From Trueperaceae bacterium (GTDB lineage Bacteria; Deinococcota; Deinococci; Deinococcales; Trueperaceae), in NCBI GenBank assembly GCA_965213705.1, contig OZ243913.1, positions 2,880,001-2,944,000 of the forward strand: 64,000 bases of DNA. The letters run 5' to 3'. Below the pieces are notes generated by a model. It had not been told where the DNA came from. It saw nothing but the letters and a program-made list of their open reading frames with translations, and did not search any database. Both the position numbers and the translations under genes were made by a program. Position 1 is the stretch's first letter; every line of letters starts with the position of its first letter. This document shows, piece by piece, positions 49,814 to 60,355 of this stretch.

Positions 49814-50788
49814 GTGGATTTTACGAGCATCATCATCGCCGCCGCCGTCATTGTTCTCTTGGTCATCTTTTTCTTTTTTATCCCTATCGGTTTGTGGATC
49901 AGTGCGCTAGCGGCGGGGGTCAAGGTCAGCATCACGAGTTTGGTCGGGATGCGCTTGCGCCGCGTAGCTCCGGCCCGAATCATCCTGCCGCTCATCAAGG
50001 CGGACAAGGCCGGGATTTTGGTCAACCAGAACCAGCTCGAGGCGCACTTTTTGGCGGGCGGCAACGTCGACCGGGTCGTCGACGCGCTCATCGCCGCCGA
50101 CAAGGCGCGCATCACCTTGCCCTTCGACCGTGCCGCAGCCATCGACCTAGCCGGGCGCAACGTGCTCGACGCGGTGAAAGTGTCGGTCAACCCGCGCGTG
50201 ATTCAGACCCCCAACGTGTCGGCGGTTGCCAAAGACGGCATCGAACTCATCTCGACGGCGCGGGTCACCGTGCGGGCGAACCTGGAACGCCTCGTCGGCG
50301 GGGCGGGCGAAGAAACCATCATCGCGCGGGTCGGCGAGGGCATTGTGTCCTCCATCGGCTCGACGGCGAGCCACAAACTGGTGCTCGAGAACCCCGACGT
50401 GATTTCCAAAACGGTGCTCGCCAAAGGCCTCGACTCGGGCACGGCCTTTGAGATTTTGTCCATCGACATCGCCGACATCAACGTTGGCAAAAACATCGGC
50501 GCAATCCTGCAGACCGACCAGGCCGAGGCCGACAAACAAGTCGCCCAGGCCAAGGCCGAGGAGCGCCGCGCAATGGCGGTCGCGGTCGAGCAGGAAAACC
50601 GCGCCAACGTCGAGGCGATGCGCGCCCGCGTGGTGGAGAGCGAGGCGCAGGTGCCCTTAGCCATCGCCGAGGCTTTTCGCAGCGGCAACCTGGGCGTGAT
50701 GGATTATTACAACATCCAAAACATTCAGTCCGACACCCAGATGCGTTCCAACATCGCCGGGGCGACCGAGCCGGACGACAAGAAGTGA
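49814..50788 (+). CDS. floA: Flotillin-like protein FloA (YqfA)
   Basis: [57 protein letters not shown]. Confidence 0.95.
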   Translation: MDFTSIIIAAAVIVLLVIFFFFIPIGLWISALAAGVKVSITSLVGMRLRRVAPARIILPLIKADKAGILVNQNQLEAHFLAGGNVDRVVDALIAADKARITLPFDRAAAIDLAGRNVLDAVKVSVNPRVIQTPNVSAVAKDGIELISTARVTVRANLERLVGGAGEETIIARVGEGIVSSIGSTASHKLVLENPDVISKTVLAKGLDSGTAFEILSIDIADINVGKNIGAILQTDQAEADKQVAQAKAEERRAMAVAVEQENRANVEAMRARVVESEAQVPLAIAEAFRSGNLGVMDYYNIQNIQSDTQMRSNIAGATEPDDKK

Positions 50789-50809
50789 GCGCTAAGGAGT
50801 GAGCGCCAA

Positions 50810-51436
50810 GTGAGTTTAGACGACCTGTTCAGCTTGCTGCTGTTCGCCTTGTTTATCGGCGCGCCGCTGCTGAGCCGCTTTTTGCGGCGCGGCGGGCCGG
50901 GGCCGCAACGGCCGACCGGCAAAGCGCCGTCGACGCGACCCGGCTTGCCCAAAACACCGCCGACTCAAACGCCTCAAAAGCGAGACGCGACCAAAAGCGC
51001 TGCCGAAACCGCCGTCGACGACATCGGGGAGCGGCTCGAGCAAGCACGCCGCCGCGTGCGCGAGGCGGTCGAGGGGCAAACGGCGAGGGTGGACACGCGC
51101 CCCCAAAGCCCTGCTCGCGGCGCGACCCAAGACCCAACCGGCTTGGAGAGCGCGGGCGACATGTTCCGGCAACCCTCGCCCGAACGCCCGTCCGCAACGG
51201 CGCAGACGCGGCAAACGCCCTCGGTTTTGACAACCGACCTCTCTTCCCGGCGCTCGAAACGCACCACGACGCGACCCTTGCAGGTCGAACGTTCACTGAC
51301 CGGAAAACGCGCTAAACTGGGCTCCGCAACGCCCGAGTTCAGCCGCAAAGACATCTTGCGCGGCATCATGTGGCAGCAAATTTTAGACGCGCCCAAAAGC
51401 AAACGGCCCTGGAGGAACCCATCGCAACGTCCGTAA
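50810..51436 (+). CDS. YqfB-like hypothetical protein
   Basis: N-terminal TM, low-complexity middle, C-terminal [11 protein letters not shown]; syntenic after floA. Confidence 0.75.
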   Translation: MSLDDLFSLLLFALFIGAPLLSRFLRRGGPGPQRPTGKAPSTRPGLPKTPPTQTPQKRDATKSAAETAVDDIGERLEQARRRVREAVEGQTARVDTRPQSPARGATQDPTGLESAGDMFRQPSPERPSATAQTRQTPSVLTTDLSSRRSKRTTTRPLQVERSLTGKRAKLGSATPEFSRKDILRGIMWQQILDAPKSKRPWRNPSQRP

Positions 51437-52344
51437 CCCTCAAACTGCGCAGCCCCGCCGAGGCGGTTCAGCTGTTCGGACAAAACGACGAACACCTCAA
51501 ACTTTTACGCTCCAAACTGCAAGCCAAGGTCGTTGCCAGGGGCGACGAGTTGCGCTTGAGCGGTCAACCCGGCGCGGTCGCCGAAGCCGAGAAGACTTTC
51601 AAGGGCTTGCTCGCGAGCATCCGCCGCGGCGAAGCCTTGAGCGTAACCGAGTTGGAACACGCGCCCGCCAGCGACTTGGGCAGCGCCCCCGCAGCCGGCG
51701 GCCCGAACCTGCCGACCCGGGCCAAACCCAAAACCGCCGGACAGCGCCGCTACGTGGACGCTATTGGGCGCAGCCCCATCACCTTCGGCATCGGCCCGGC
51801 GGGCACGGGCAAGACGTACTTGGCGGTGGCGATGGCGGTTTTGGCGTTAAAAGACAAACACGTCAAGCGCATTATCCTGACCCGGCCCGCGGTCGAGGCG
51901 GGCGAACGCCTGGGCTTTTTGCCAGGCGACTTGCAAGCCAAAATCGACCCCTACTTGCGGCCTCTCTACGACGCGCTCTACGACATGCTCGAGGGTGAGC
52001 GCATCGACCAGTATTTAGAGAACGGTATCATTGAGGTCGCGCCGCTGGCGTTTATGCGGGGCCGCACCCTCAACGACGCTTTTATCATCCTGGACGAGGC
52101 CCAAAACACCACGCCCGAACAGATGAAGATGTTCTTGACGCGTATGGGGTTCAACAGCAAAGTGGTCGTGACCGGTGACGTGACCCAGGTCGACCTGCCG
52201 ACAAACGTCAAGAGCGGCCTGAGCGAGGCCGAGCGGATGCTCAAAGACATCGACGGCATCAGCTTTTTGTTTTTTTCCGAAGGCGACGTGGTGCGGCATC
52301 CCCTCGTGGCGCGGATTATCAGGGCGTATGACCAAGCGAGCTAA
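51370..52344 (+). CDS. phoH: PhoH family ATPase
   Basis: [39 protein letters not shown]; start uncertain. Confidence 0.95.
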   Translation: MAANFRRAQKQTALEEPIATSVTLKLRSPAEAVQLFGQNDEHLKLLRSKLQAKVVARGDELRLSGQPGAVAEAEKTFKGLLASIRRGEALSVTELEHAPASDLGSAPAAGGPNLPTRAKPKTAGQRRYVDAIGRSPITFGIGPAGTGKTYLAVAMAVLALKDKHVKRIILTRPAVEAGERLGFLPGDLQAKIDPYLRPLYDALYDMLEGERIDQYLENGIIEVAPLAFMRGRTLNDAFIILDEAQNTTPEQMKMFLTRMGFNSKVVVTGDVTQVDLPTNVKSGLSEAERMLKDIDGISFLFFSEGDVVRHPLVARIIRAYDQAS

Positions 52345-54427
52345 AAAACCCGAGGCGAAGCGCGCCGAGGTCAAACGGAAACGTCCCGTACGCCTGAGCG
52401 TGCTGGCGGGCGTTTGCGTGGTGGCCCTGACCGGTTTGCTCTTCAGCGTTTACGGCGTACAAACCCAAAACACCCTAAAAGTCGGTGAGCCGAGCCCGAA
52501 GACTTTCCGCGCCCCAGTCGCCACGGAAGTCACCGACCCGGTTCTTACCGAGAGCGAGCGGCAAGCCGCCCGCTCACAAGTCCAGACCATTTCGTCTACC
52601 GACGCAGCCGTGCAGCGGCTCGTGGTCAACGCGGTTACCGCGGCGGGGCTGCCCGAAGAGGTCGAGACCCTGCTCGTCGCGGCCTACCGCAAACCCGGCG
52701 GTGTGGACGAAGCGCGCCGCCAAGAACTTATCCAGCAAGCGGTCGCGCTCGCGCCGGCGGCGCGGCAACAAGAGGTAAGACTGCTGCTCGAGCGCCGTCT
52801 CCTCACCACCTCGGCGCCCAACATCACGCAGACCAAAGCCGCCCAAGACGCCGCCGCCGCCGCCGTCAAACCCGTGTTGCAAACGCTCAAAGCCGGCCAG
52901 ATTATCGTCCGCGAGGGCGACGCCGTGAGCGAGGACCAACTCAGGGCGTTGGAAACCCTGGGCTTATACAACGCGAGAAGCGACGTGGTCAACCGCCAAT
53001 TGCGGATTTTTCTGAGCTGCTTGCTGTTGGCTTTGCTCCTGAGCTTGCCGCTGCTTTACGCCGTGCGGCGCTTGAACACCCTGACGTTCGAGCAGCTGGC
53101 ATTTCTGGTCGCGCTGACCCTGGTGACTTTGGCGGCCCAGCGCGTGGCGTTTTTCCTGAACCCTTACCTTTTGTTTGTGTTTTTGCTGCCCCTTCTGGTC
53201 GCCGTGCTCGTTTCGGAATTTGCAGGCGTCCTGTGGACGGTGTGGCTGGCCGTGGCGCTGGGTTTGTTCGACCCGGGCTCGCCGCTTTTTACCGTACTGA
53301 CCACGCTGGGTGGCGGCTTAGCGGCAAGCCTGCTGGCAAGGCGCTTTAAAACGCGCACCTCGCTTTTACTGGCCGGGGCGGTGAGCGGCGTGGTCGGGGC
53401 GCTGAGCTTTGGGTTGCTGCTGCTGCTCTACGGCACGACGCCGGGGCTCGTGACGGTGTTCGACCTGCTGTTCGTGGTCGGCGGCGGACTGGTCGCGGGG
53501 ACGTTGGCGCTGGGCTTGTTGCCGCTGGCGGAAACCCTGTTCGACTTTCTTACCGAGTTCCGACTCGCCGAGCTTTCCAACCCTAGTTCGCCTTTGCTAC
53601 AGCGGTTGTTGTTGGAGGCTCCCGGCACGTACCAGCACAGCTTAATCATCTCGAACTTGGTCGAGCAGGCCGTGACCAACATCGGCGGCGACGCGTTGCT
53701 GGCGCGGGTCGGGGCGCTCTATCACGACGTGGGCAAGCTCAAGCGGCCCCAGTTTTTTGTAGAAAACCAGTTTTCCGGCGACAACCCGCACAACACGCTG
53801 TCGCCCCACCTCAGCTACCTCATCATCATCAACCACGTGCGCGACGGCCTGGAACTGTTGCGCGAGTACAAGCTGCCCAAACGGCTCGAGGCTTTCGCGG
53901 GCGAACACCACGGCACCACCGTGTTGAGCTACTTTTACAAACGCGCGCTCGAGGACAGCGCCAAACTGGACGAACTGAATTTTCGCTACCCGGGGCCGCG
54001 GCCCCAGAGTAAAGAAACCGCCGTCCTCATGATAGCCGACGCGGTCGAGTCCGCCTCGCGCACCTTGTCGGAGCCGAGCCAGGGCTCGATTCGCGCGCTT
54101 ATCGACCGGCTTATCGAACTGCGGCTCCAAGACGGGCAGCTTGCCGACAGCCCCTTGAACTTTCATGACTTAGAGGTTATCGCCAGCACCTTTGAAAGGA
54201 TGCTGACCGGCATTTTGCACCGCCGCGTCAGTTACCCGACGAGCGAGGAAATCCAAAGCCTCAAACGCGGCGACAACCGGGTCAGTGTGACGCACGGTGC
54301 AGCTCAAAGCGGCGTGGCTCAAAGCGGCGCTGCCCCGACCGACGCGCGCAGTGGCGACACGCGTGGAGAGACACATGGTGGAGATACTCAACGAAACCCC
54401 GCGGTCCCTGCCGCTGGGACGCCTTAA
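52328..54427 (+). CDS. pgpH: 7TM-HD phosphohydrolase, PgpH-like cyclic-di-AMP phosphodiesterase
   Basis: Extracellular domain, ~7 TM, EAPGTYQHS, YHDVGK..RPQFFVENQ, HHGT, RYPGP.PQ, ADAVE. Confidence 0.88.
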   Translation: MTKRAKKPEAKRAEVKRKRPVRLSVLAGVCVVALTGLLFSVYGVQTQNTLKVGEPSPKTFRAPVATEVTDPVLTESERQAARSQVQTISSTDAAVQRLVVNAVTAAGLPEEVETLLVAAYRKPGGVDEARRQELIQQAVALAPAARQQEVRLLLERRLLTTSAPNITQTKAAQDAAAAAVKPVLQTLKAGQIIVREGDAVSEDQLRALETLGLYNARSDVVNRQLRIFLSCLLLALLLSLPLLYAVRRLNTLTFEQLAFLVALTLVTLAAQRVAFFLNPYLLFVFLLPLLVAVLVSEFAGVLWTVWLAVALGLFDPGSPLFTVLTTLGGGLAASLLARRFKTRTSLLLAGAVSGVVGALSFGLLLLLYGTTPGLVTVFDLLFVVGGGLVAGTLALGLLPLAETLFDFLTEFRLAELSNPSSPLLQRLLLEAPGTYQHSLIISNLVEQAVTNIGGDALLARVGALYHDVGKLKRPQFFVENQFSGDNPHNTLSPHLSYLIIINHVRDGLELLREYKLPKRLEAFAGEHHGTTVLSYFYKRALEDSAKLDELNFRYPGPRPQSKETAVLMIADAVESASRTLSEPSQGSIRALIDRLIELRLQDGQLADSPLNFHDLEVIASTFERMLTGILHRRVSYPTSEEIQSLKRGDNRVSVTHGAAQSGVAQSGAAPTDARSGDTRGETHGGDTQRNPAVPAAGTP

Positions 54428-54809
54428 AAAAACGCTGCGCCGCTGTCTGAACGAAGTGGGTGTGACGCGCACCGTCACGCTCGTCTTGTGCCGTGACGCC
54501 GCGATTCACGAACTTAACTTAGCGCACCGCGGCGTGGACGCGCCCACCGACGTTCTTTCTTATCCTTTGACCGAGCCCGGCGACGTCGCTGTACCCGAGG
54601 TGGAGCAGCTCGGCGACGTCTTCGTCAGTGTGGACACGGCGGCGCGGCAAGCCGAGGCGCACGGTCACACCTTGGCTGAAGAAATCCTCGTGTTGAGCGC
54701 GCACGGCATCATGCACTTGCGCGGTTTCGACCATCCTACGGAGGCGGCGTGGCAAACCTTTCACGCGGCGCAAACGCGCGCCCTAGAGCTGTTTCGGGAA
54801 AAGCGCTGA
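54375..54809 (+). CDS. ybeY: rRNA maturation endoribonuclease YbeY
   Basis: PTDVLSY, LGDVFVS, HGIMHLRGFDH. Confidence 0.93.
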   Translation: MVEILNETPRSLPLGRLKKTLRRCLNEVGVTRTVTLVLCRDAAIHELNLAHRGVDAPTDVLSYPLTEPGDVAVPEVEQLGDVFVSVDTAARQAEAHGHTLAEEILVLSAHGIMHLRGFDHPTEAAWQTFHAAQTRALELFREKR

Positions 54810-55171
54810 GCAGAGCGCGCTTGAAAGCGTCGTTCGGGTTTGCCCTGGCCGGGTTGCGCTACGCCTGGACGCACGAACCCAACTTCCGCGTCGAGTGCTG
54901 GCTGGGCGTGGCGGCCGTGACCTTAGCACTCTTGTCAGGCGCGGCGCTCGTCCCAATCCTCCTCTGTTGCGCTCTGGTCTTGAGTCTGGAACTCGTCAAC
55001 AGCGCCGTGGAAGCCGTTGTCGACCTCGTCACGCCGGAGTTGCACCCGCTCGCCAAGCTCGCCAAAGACGCCGCCGCCGCCGCCGTGCTGCTCGCTTCGC
55101 TGGTAGCGCTGGCCGTCGGGCTGTGGGTACTGGGACCGCCCTTGTGGTCCAAACTGGGTACGCTGCTGTGA
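54806..55171 (+). CDS. dgkA: Diacylglycerol/undecaprenol kinase
   Basis: SF.FA.AGL, E.NFR, ELVNSAVE.VVDL, AKLAKDAAAAAVL; start uncertain (CTG 54806 or TTG 54821). Confidence 0.88.
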   Translation: MSRARLKASFGFALAGLRYAWTHEPNFRVECWLGVAAVTLALLSGAALVPILLCCALVLSLELVNSAVEAVVDLVTPELHPLAKLAKDAAAAAVLLASLVALAVGLWVLGPPLWSKLGTLL

Positions 55172-55211
55172 AAGGTGCAACCCTCTCGAGAACGAGAACA
55201 GGAAGGCTGGT

Positions 55212-55631
55212 ATGACAACCCGGTTCACGAACGACCCGCACAAAGACGACCTTCCCGCCGACCTTTTGAGCGCCGCAAAAACGGCCTTCGACAACGCCTA
55301 CGCGCCCTACTCAAAGTTCAAGGTCGGTGCGGCCCTGCGCGGCGCGAGCGGCGCGGTTTATGCCGGGGCCAACGTCGAAAACGCTTCTTACGGCTTGGGC
55401 CGCTGCGCCGAGCAGTCGGCGGTGCAAGCGCTGGCAAGTGCGGGCGAGCGCAGTTTCGACAAAATAGTCGTCTACACCGAGGCCGAACGGCCGGCGACGC
55501 CCTGCGGGGCGTGCCGGCAGGTGCTGCTTGAATTCGCCCCCGACGCCGCGCTTTACCTCGTCAACCACAAAGACGAGGTCAAACGGTACAGCGTGCGCGA
55601 CCTGTTGCCCGACGCATTCGTGCTCGACTGA
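55212..55631 (+). CDS. cdd: Cytidine deaminase
   Basis: AYAPYSKFKVGAA, NVENASY, CAE, PCGACRQ. Confidence 0.95.
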   Translation: MTTRFTNDPHKDDLPADLLSAAKTAFDNAYAPYSKFKVGAALRGASGAVYAGANVENASYGLGRCAEQSAVQALASAGERSFDKIVVYTEAERPATPCGACRQVLLEFAPDAALYLVNHKDEVKRYSVRDLLPDAFVLD

Positions 55632-55747
55632 TATTTATTATTTACAAGGTACCGAGCCCCGGGTCGAACGCGGCTCGAGCGTCGGCCGTCCATCCGGCGC
55701 TTTCACTTCATACCCTTCTCACGCCTGGGACGGTATACTCCCACCTG

Positions 55748-57865
55748 ATGAAACGTTACTTTTTTACTTTTATAAGCTTGATTTTTGTGTGTGCGACGTT
55801 TGTTTCGGCGCAAGAGGTCACCCGCGTCGCCGTTTTGCCCTTCGACGCGCAGGGCGGTACCGACACCTACGGCTTCGGCATGGCGACCGCCTTGCAGCGC
55901 AGCCTCAACGTTATCGACAACGTGTACGCCGCCCCGGTCGGCGACACTTTTTTGTATACCCGTCGGTTGATTGACGAAAACCGTGTCAGCGTCGAAAACG
56001 TGGCGAGCGCGTTCGGCGCGTCGGTGGTGGTGAGCGGCCGCTTGGCCGTTCAAGCCGACAGCGCGGCGGCCGTGCTCAGCTTCGCCGGTCCTCGCTATCC
56101 GAACGCCAAGGACGTCAGTTTGAGCGTCGCGTCCGGTAGCCCGGCCGCCCTGAGCACGGCCGTGGTGGACGCCGTCATAAACGAGCTGGCGTTGGGCGTG
56201 TCGGCGAGCGACCGCACCCAACTCGGCGCGGTCACCGCGCAGACCCCGTCGGTGCCGAGCCTCGCCGCGGTGGCGCAGGGCGCGCTGCGTTTGCCCACCG
56301 CGACGCTCACAGCGCTCGCCAACGCCACAGCGCTCGACCCGAACAGCAGTTGGGTGCAGTCCGAATACGCCCGCGCTCTAGCGCTCGCGGGCAACCTTCA
56401 AGACGCCCTGGCAGCGTCTCAAAAAGCCGTCGACTTAGCGCCCAACGACGCCGAGGCGCTCGTCGTGCGGGGCATCATCTTGCAAGCGGCGGGCGACGCG
56501 GACACGGCCGTGACCGTTTTCGACGCCGCTTTGGCCCTCAACCCCGCGCACGCCTACGCTTTGGCGGGCAAAGGAAATGTGACCGGCGACGCCACCCTGC
56601 TCGAGCGCGCGGTGAGCGCCTATCCTCGCCTGGTGGACGCCTACCTCACGCTGGCGCGGCTACAACAGGGCAACCCGCAAGCCGCCCTGCAAACCCTGCG
56701 GCGCGGCGCGGCGGCGGTGCCCGAATCGGTTGCGTTGCACGGCGCGTTTATGCAAATCGCCATCGGTTTGGGCGACGCGAGCGGTGCGCTCGCCTACCTG
56801 CAGGGCGTGCTCGCCACGCAAACCGACCCTTCGGCGGGACTTTACAGTTTGGCAGCGTTGTTGCCGGACGGCGACGCCGGCGCCCTCACCCTCGTTCAGC
56901 AGGGTCTGGAGCGTTACCCGAACGACCCCGTCTTGGCCCTCGCCAGCGCCGACCTGCTGGAGCGAAGCGGCGATACTCCCGGGGCCGAGGTCGCCCTGAG
57001 CGCGTCGCTCGCCGCCAACTCCGACAACGTCCAGGTCGCCAACGCCCTCGCCATTTTGCAGGCAAAGCGCGGCGACACCGAGGCCGCCCGGGACACGCTG
57101 GCCTCGGTCGGGGCTCAAAACGAGGTCTCGAGCTTCAACCTGGCGCAACTCTACTTGCAAGCCGGCCAGACCGACGCCGCCCTGACGACCTTGGAACCCC
57201 TCGTCGCCGCCAACCCGGACGACGCGGAGTTGCAGGCGCTCTACGGCAACGCTCTCGGCCGGGCCGGGCGCACGCAGGAGGCCGACGCGGCCTTTGAGCG
57301 CGCGCTCAGCATCGACCCCAACTTAGAAAGTGCTCGGCGAGCGAGCGCGCTCGCCGAGCAGCAAAACGCCCTGACCGGCGGTCAAAGGGTGGAACTCAAC
57401 GCCGACGCCGCCGCGGCGCTCGCCGAAGGCCAAAGCGCGCTCCAAACCGGCGACTACAGCGGCGCGGCCAGCGCTTTCGGCAGGGCGCGCGCGGCGCAAG
57501 ACGACGGCCTCGTCGCTTTTTACCAGGGCTACGCGCTGTACCTGACCGGTCAAACCCGCGCCGCCGCAGACGCCTACGCCAGGGCCGCAGAGGCCTACCC
57601 GGAGAGTGACGCCGTTTTGAGCAACCTGGGTCTGGCACAGTTGGAGTTGGGCCGTCTGGACTTGGCGCTGTCCAACTTGGAAAAAGCGGTCGCGGCCAAC
57701 GACCAAAACGCCAACGCGCACCTCAACTTGGGGCAAGCCAACTACGAACTCGGGCGCTACGGCGCGGCGGTCGCCGAGTGGGACAGGGCGTTGGCGCTCG
57801 AGCCCGGTCTGGAAAGCGTGTTGGGCGACAGGTTGGCGGACGCCCGCGCCAAGGCCGGCCAGTAA
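55748..57865 (+). CDS. Secreted tetratricopeptide-repeat protein with a TolB-N/CsgG-like N-terminus
   Basis: Signal peptide, VAVLPF motif, many TPR repeats (e.g. AHLNLGQANYELGRY..A...WDRALALEP). Confidence 0.85.
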   Translation: MKRYFFTFISLIFVCATFVSAQEVTRVAVLPFDAQGGTDTYGFGMATALQRSLNVIDNVYAAPVGDTFLYTRRLIDENRVSVENVASAFGASVVVSGRLAVQADSAAAVLSFAGPRYPNAKDVSLSVASGSPAALSTAVVDAVINELALGVSASDRTQLGAVTAQTPSVPSLAAVAQGALRLPTATLTALANATALDPNSSWVQSEYARALALAGNLQDALAASQKAVDLAPNDAEALVVRGIILQAAGDADTAVTVFDAALALNPAHAYALAGKGNVTGDATLLERAVSAYPRLVDAYLTLARLQQGNPQAALQTLRRGAAAVPESVALHGAFMQIAIGLGDASGALAYLQGVLATQTDPSAGLYSLAALLPDGDAGALTLVQQGLERYPNDPVLALASADLLERSGDTPGAEVALSASLAANSDNVQVANALAILQAKRGDTEAARDTLASVGAQNEVSSFNLAQLYLQAGQTDAALTTLEPLVAANPDDAELQALYGNALGRAGRTQEADAAFERALSIDPNLESARRASALAEQQNALTGGQRVELNADAAAALAEGQSALQTGDYSGAASAFGRARAAQDDGLVAFYQGYALYLTGQTRAAADAYARAAEAYPESDAVLSNLGLAQLELGRLDLALSNLEKAVAANDQNANAHLNLGQANYELGRYGAAVAEWDRALALEPGLESVLGDRLADARAKAGQ

Positions 57866-57924
57866 CGAGCTGGGTAGTCGGAAAATCCCAGCGGCGTTTG
57901 CGCTCGAGCGGTAAACTGACCCCT

Positions 57925-58989
57925 ATGAACCTTCGCCCCGACCTTTTGGCAGCGCCGGCGTACCACTTTATGCGCCGAACTCAGGCCGTCAAACTCGACC
58001 AGAACGAGTCCCCCTACGACCTGCCCGACGACCTCAAAGAGCGTGTGTTGCAGCGTCTCGCCGCGGTACCGTTCAACCGTTACCCGGACATCGACGCGCA
58101 GGGGGTCAGGGCGAAGTTGGCCGAGGTTCACGGCTGGCCGGGGGGCGTCGTGGTTGCGGGCGGCTCGAACGTCCTCATCCAGGCCCTCGTCACCGCGGCG
58201 GGTCTGGGCCGGAGCGTGCTCACGGTCGCCCCGACTTTTTCCGTGTACGGGCTCCAGGCCAAACTTCAGGGCGCGCGGTTTACCGAATGTCCGCTGCAAG
58301 AGGCGTTTGAACTGCCCTTAAAAGCCTTAAAACGTGAACTGGGGCAAGGTGAGGGGGTCTTCTTTTTAGCCAACCCCGCCGCCCCGACCGGCAACGTGTT
58401 TGCCCCTGAAGCCCTGCTCGAGCTGGCCGAGGCGTCCCGGAACAGCTGGCTGTTCGTCGTCGACGAAGCGTATCAGCAGTTTTCCGGCAGCGACGCCACG
58501 CCGCTCGTTCGGCGCTACCCGCACGTGGTGAGCCTGCGCACCTTGAGCAAAGCTTTCGGTTTGGGCGGCGTGCGGCTCGGCTACGCGCTGGTGCAAGACG
58601 AACTCGCCGAGCAGTTGCAAAAAGCGGTCACGCCTTTTTCGGTCTCGGCGCTGCAGCTTGCGGTCGCCGAGACGGTGCTCGCCGCGCCCGGCTACGCAGA
58701 GCACTACGTCGCCGAAGCGAAGCGCGAGCGCGAGCGGCTGTTCGCCGCGCTGCAAATCCTTCCCGGCGTGACGCCTTACCCCTCGAGCACGAACTTTATC
58801 CTTTTCAAAGTACCCGACGCCGCACGCGTGTTTGGAGCGCTGCTACAGCGCGACGTGGTGGTGCGCCGCCAGGACCACCTGCCCGGTCTGACGGGCTGCT
58901 TGCGCGTGTCGGTGGGCACGCCTCCGCAGAACGACACCTTTTTGAGGGCGCTCAGCGCCGCCCTGCAGCCGGTGGTCAGCGGTGGCTAA
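57925..58989 (+). CDS. hisC: Histidinol-phosphate aminotransferase
   Basis: KLDQNESP, NRYPD, VDEAY, RTLSKAFGL.G.RLGY. Confidence 0.93.
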   Translation: MNLRPDLLAAPAYHFMRRTQAVKLDQNESPYDLPDDLKERVLQRLAAVPFNRYPDIDAQGVRAKLAEVHGWPGGVVVAGGSNVLIQALVTAAGLGRSVLTVAPTFSVYGLQAKLQGARFTECPLQEAFELPLKALKRELGQGEGVFFLANPAAPTGNVFAPEALLELAEASRNSWLFVVDEAYQQFSGSDATPLVRRYPHVVSLRTLSKAFGLGGVRLGYALVQDELAEQLQKAVTPFSVSALQLAVAETVLAAPGYAEHYVAEAKRERERLFAALQILPGVTPYPSSTNFILFKVPDAARVFGALLQRDVVVRRQDHLPGLTGCLRVSVGTPPQNDTFLRALSAALQPVVSGG

Positions 58990-59620
58990 GACGGCTGGGG
59001 CTGAGGCGGCTGGTGCTGAGGCGGCTGGGGTTGAGGCGGCTGGCGCTAGGACTGCGACGATAGAGCGCACCACGCGCGAAACCGACGTCAAGCTGAGCCT
59101 CGACCTCGACGCGGCGGGCGGCAGCGTTGCCACCGGCCACGGTTTTGTGGACCACTTGCTCGAGCAGGTCGCCAAACACGGTCGCCTCTTTTTGGAGGTG
59201 ACCGCGCAGGGCGACCTTCACGTCGATGTTCATCACTTGGCGGAAGATTTAGGCATCGCCCTGGGCCAAGCCTTCGACACCGCCCTCGGTGACCGGCGCG
59301 GTTTGGAACGCTACGCAGACGCGTTTGTGCCGATGGACGAAAGCCTCGCCCACGTCGTCCTGGACTTCTCGGGACGACCCTTCATCGCGTTCGAGCCTGC
59401 GGGGTTCGAGGGCGACGCGAACGGCTTCAACATGCACCACCTCCGCGAGTTTTTACGCGGCTTTTGCAACCACGCCCGGGTGACCCTGCACGTGCGAGTC
59501 TTGAGCGGCGTCGAAACGCACCACGTCGCCGAGGCGGTGGTCAAGGCTTTTGCCCGCTCGCTCTTCGCGGCCAGCCGCATAACCTCGGACGAACTCCCCT
59601 CGACCAAAGGTTTGTTGTGA
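58982..59620 (+). CDS. hisB: Imidazoleglycerol-phosphate dehydratase
   Basis: R.TRETD, D.HH..ED, PMDESL, HH.AEA..KA, PSTKG. Confidence 0.95.
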   Translation: MAKTAGAEAAGAEAAGVEAAGARTATIERTTRETDVKLSLDLDAAGGSVATGHGFVDHLLEQVAKHGRLFLEVTAQGDLHVDVHHLAEDLGIALGQAFDTALGDRRGLERYADAFVPMDESLAHVVLDFSGRPFIAFEPAGFEGDANGFNMHHLREFLRGFCNHARVTLHVRVLSGVETHHVAEAVVKAFARSLFAASRITSDELPSTKGLL

Positions 59621-59668
59621 CGAACAGTTCAAAACGTAGACTCGCCGCCGTGGCAACGCTGTGAAGCT

Positions 59669-60355
59669 GTGACAGGTACTGTGAAAACCGCGCTCATCGA
59701 CTACGGTGCAGGCAACTTGCACAGCGTCCACAAGGCGCTTTTGCGCGCCGGTTTCGACACCGTTCCGACCGACGACCCTGCCGTCGCCGCGGACGCAGCC
59801 GTACTGGTGCTGCCGGGCCAAGGACACTTTCGACAGGTGATGGAGGCTTTTCTGAGTTCGGGGTTCGAGCCCGTGGTGCGCGCGCACCTCGCCGCGCGCA
59901 AGCCGTTTTTGGGGATTTGTGTCGGTCTGCAACTCCTGATGCAAACGTCTGAAGAAGCGCCCGGGTTGCCCGGTTTGGGCGTGTTGCAGGGAACGGTCAA
60001 ACGTTTTCCGCGCGGGGTAAGCGTCCCGCAGATGGGCTGGAACCAACTTCACCCGCAGGGTCGGCCGCCTTTGCTGGACGGCGTGGCAGAAGGGGCGTTC
60101 GTGTATTTCGCCAACTCCTATTACGTCGAATTCGCGACCAACCTGCCGGGCGCGACCACACGTTACGGCGGCGTGACCTTCAAGAGTGCGGTATGCGACG
60201 GTCCACTGAACGCGGTCCAGTTTCACCCGGAAAAGAGCCAAGGCGTAGGCTTGCGCGTCCTGAAAAATTTTTACGACAGCGTGCGGGAGAGCGGGCCGGA
60301 GGGGAAGCGGACGGACACCCGAGTAAAACTTGCAGTGCAGAAAGGACCCGAGTGA
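59669..60355 (+). CDS. hisH: Imidazole glycerol phosphate synthase glutaminase subunit
   Basis: DYGAGNL.SV, LGICVGLQ, PQMGWN, QFHPEKS. Confidence 0.95.
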   Translation: MTGTVKTALIDYGAGNLHSVHKALLRAGFDTVPTDDPAVAADAAVLVLPGQGHFRQVMEAFLSSGFEPVVRAHLAARKPFLGICVGLQLLMQTSEEAPGLPGLGVLQGTVKRFPRGVSVPQMGWNQLHPQGRPPLLDGVAEGAFVYFANSYYVEFATNLPGATTRYGGVTFKSAVCDGPLNAVQFHPEKSQGVGLRVLKNFYDSVRESGPEGKRTDTRVKLAVQKGPE

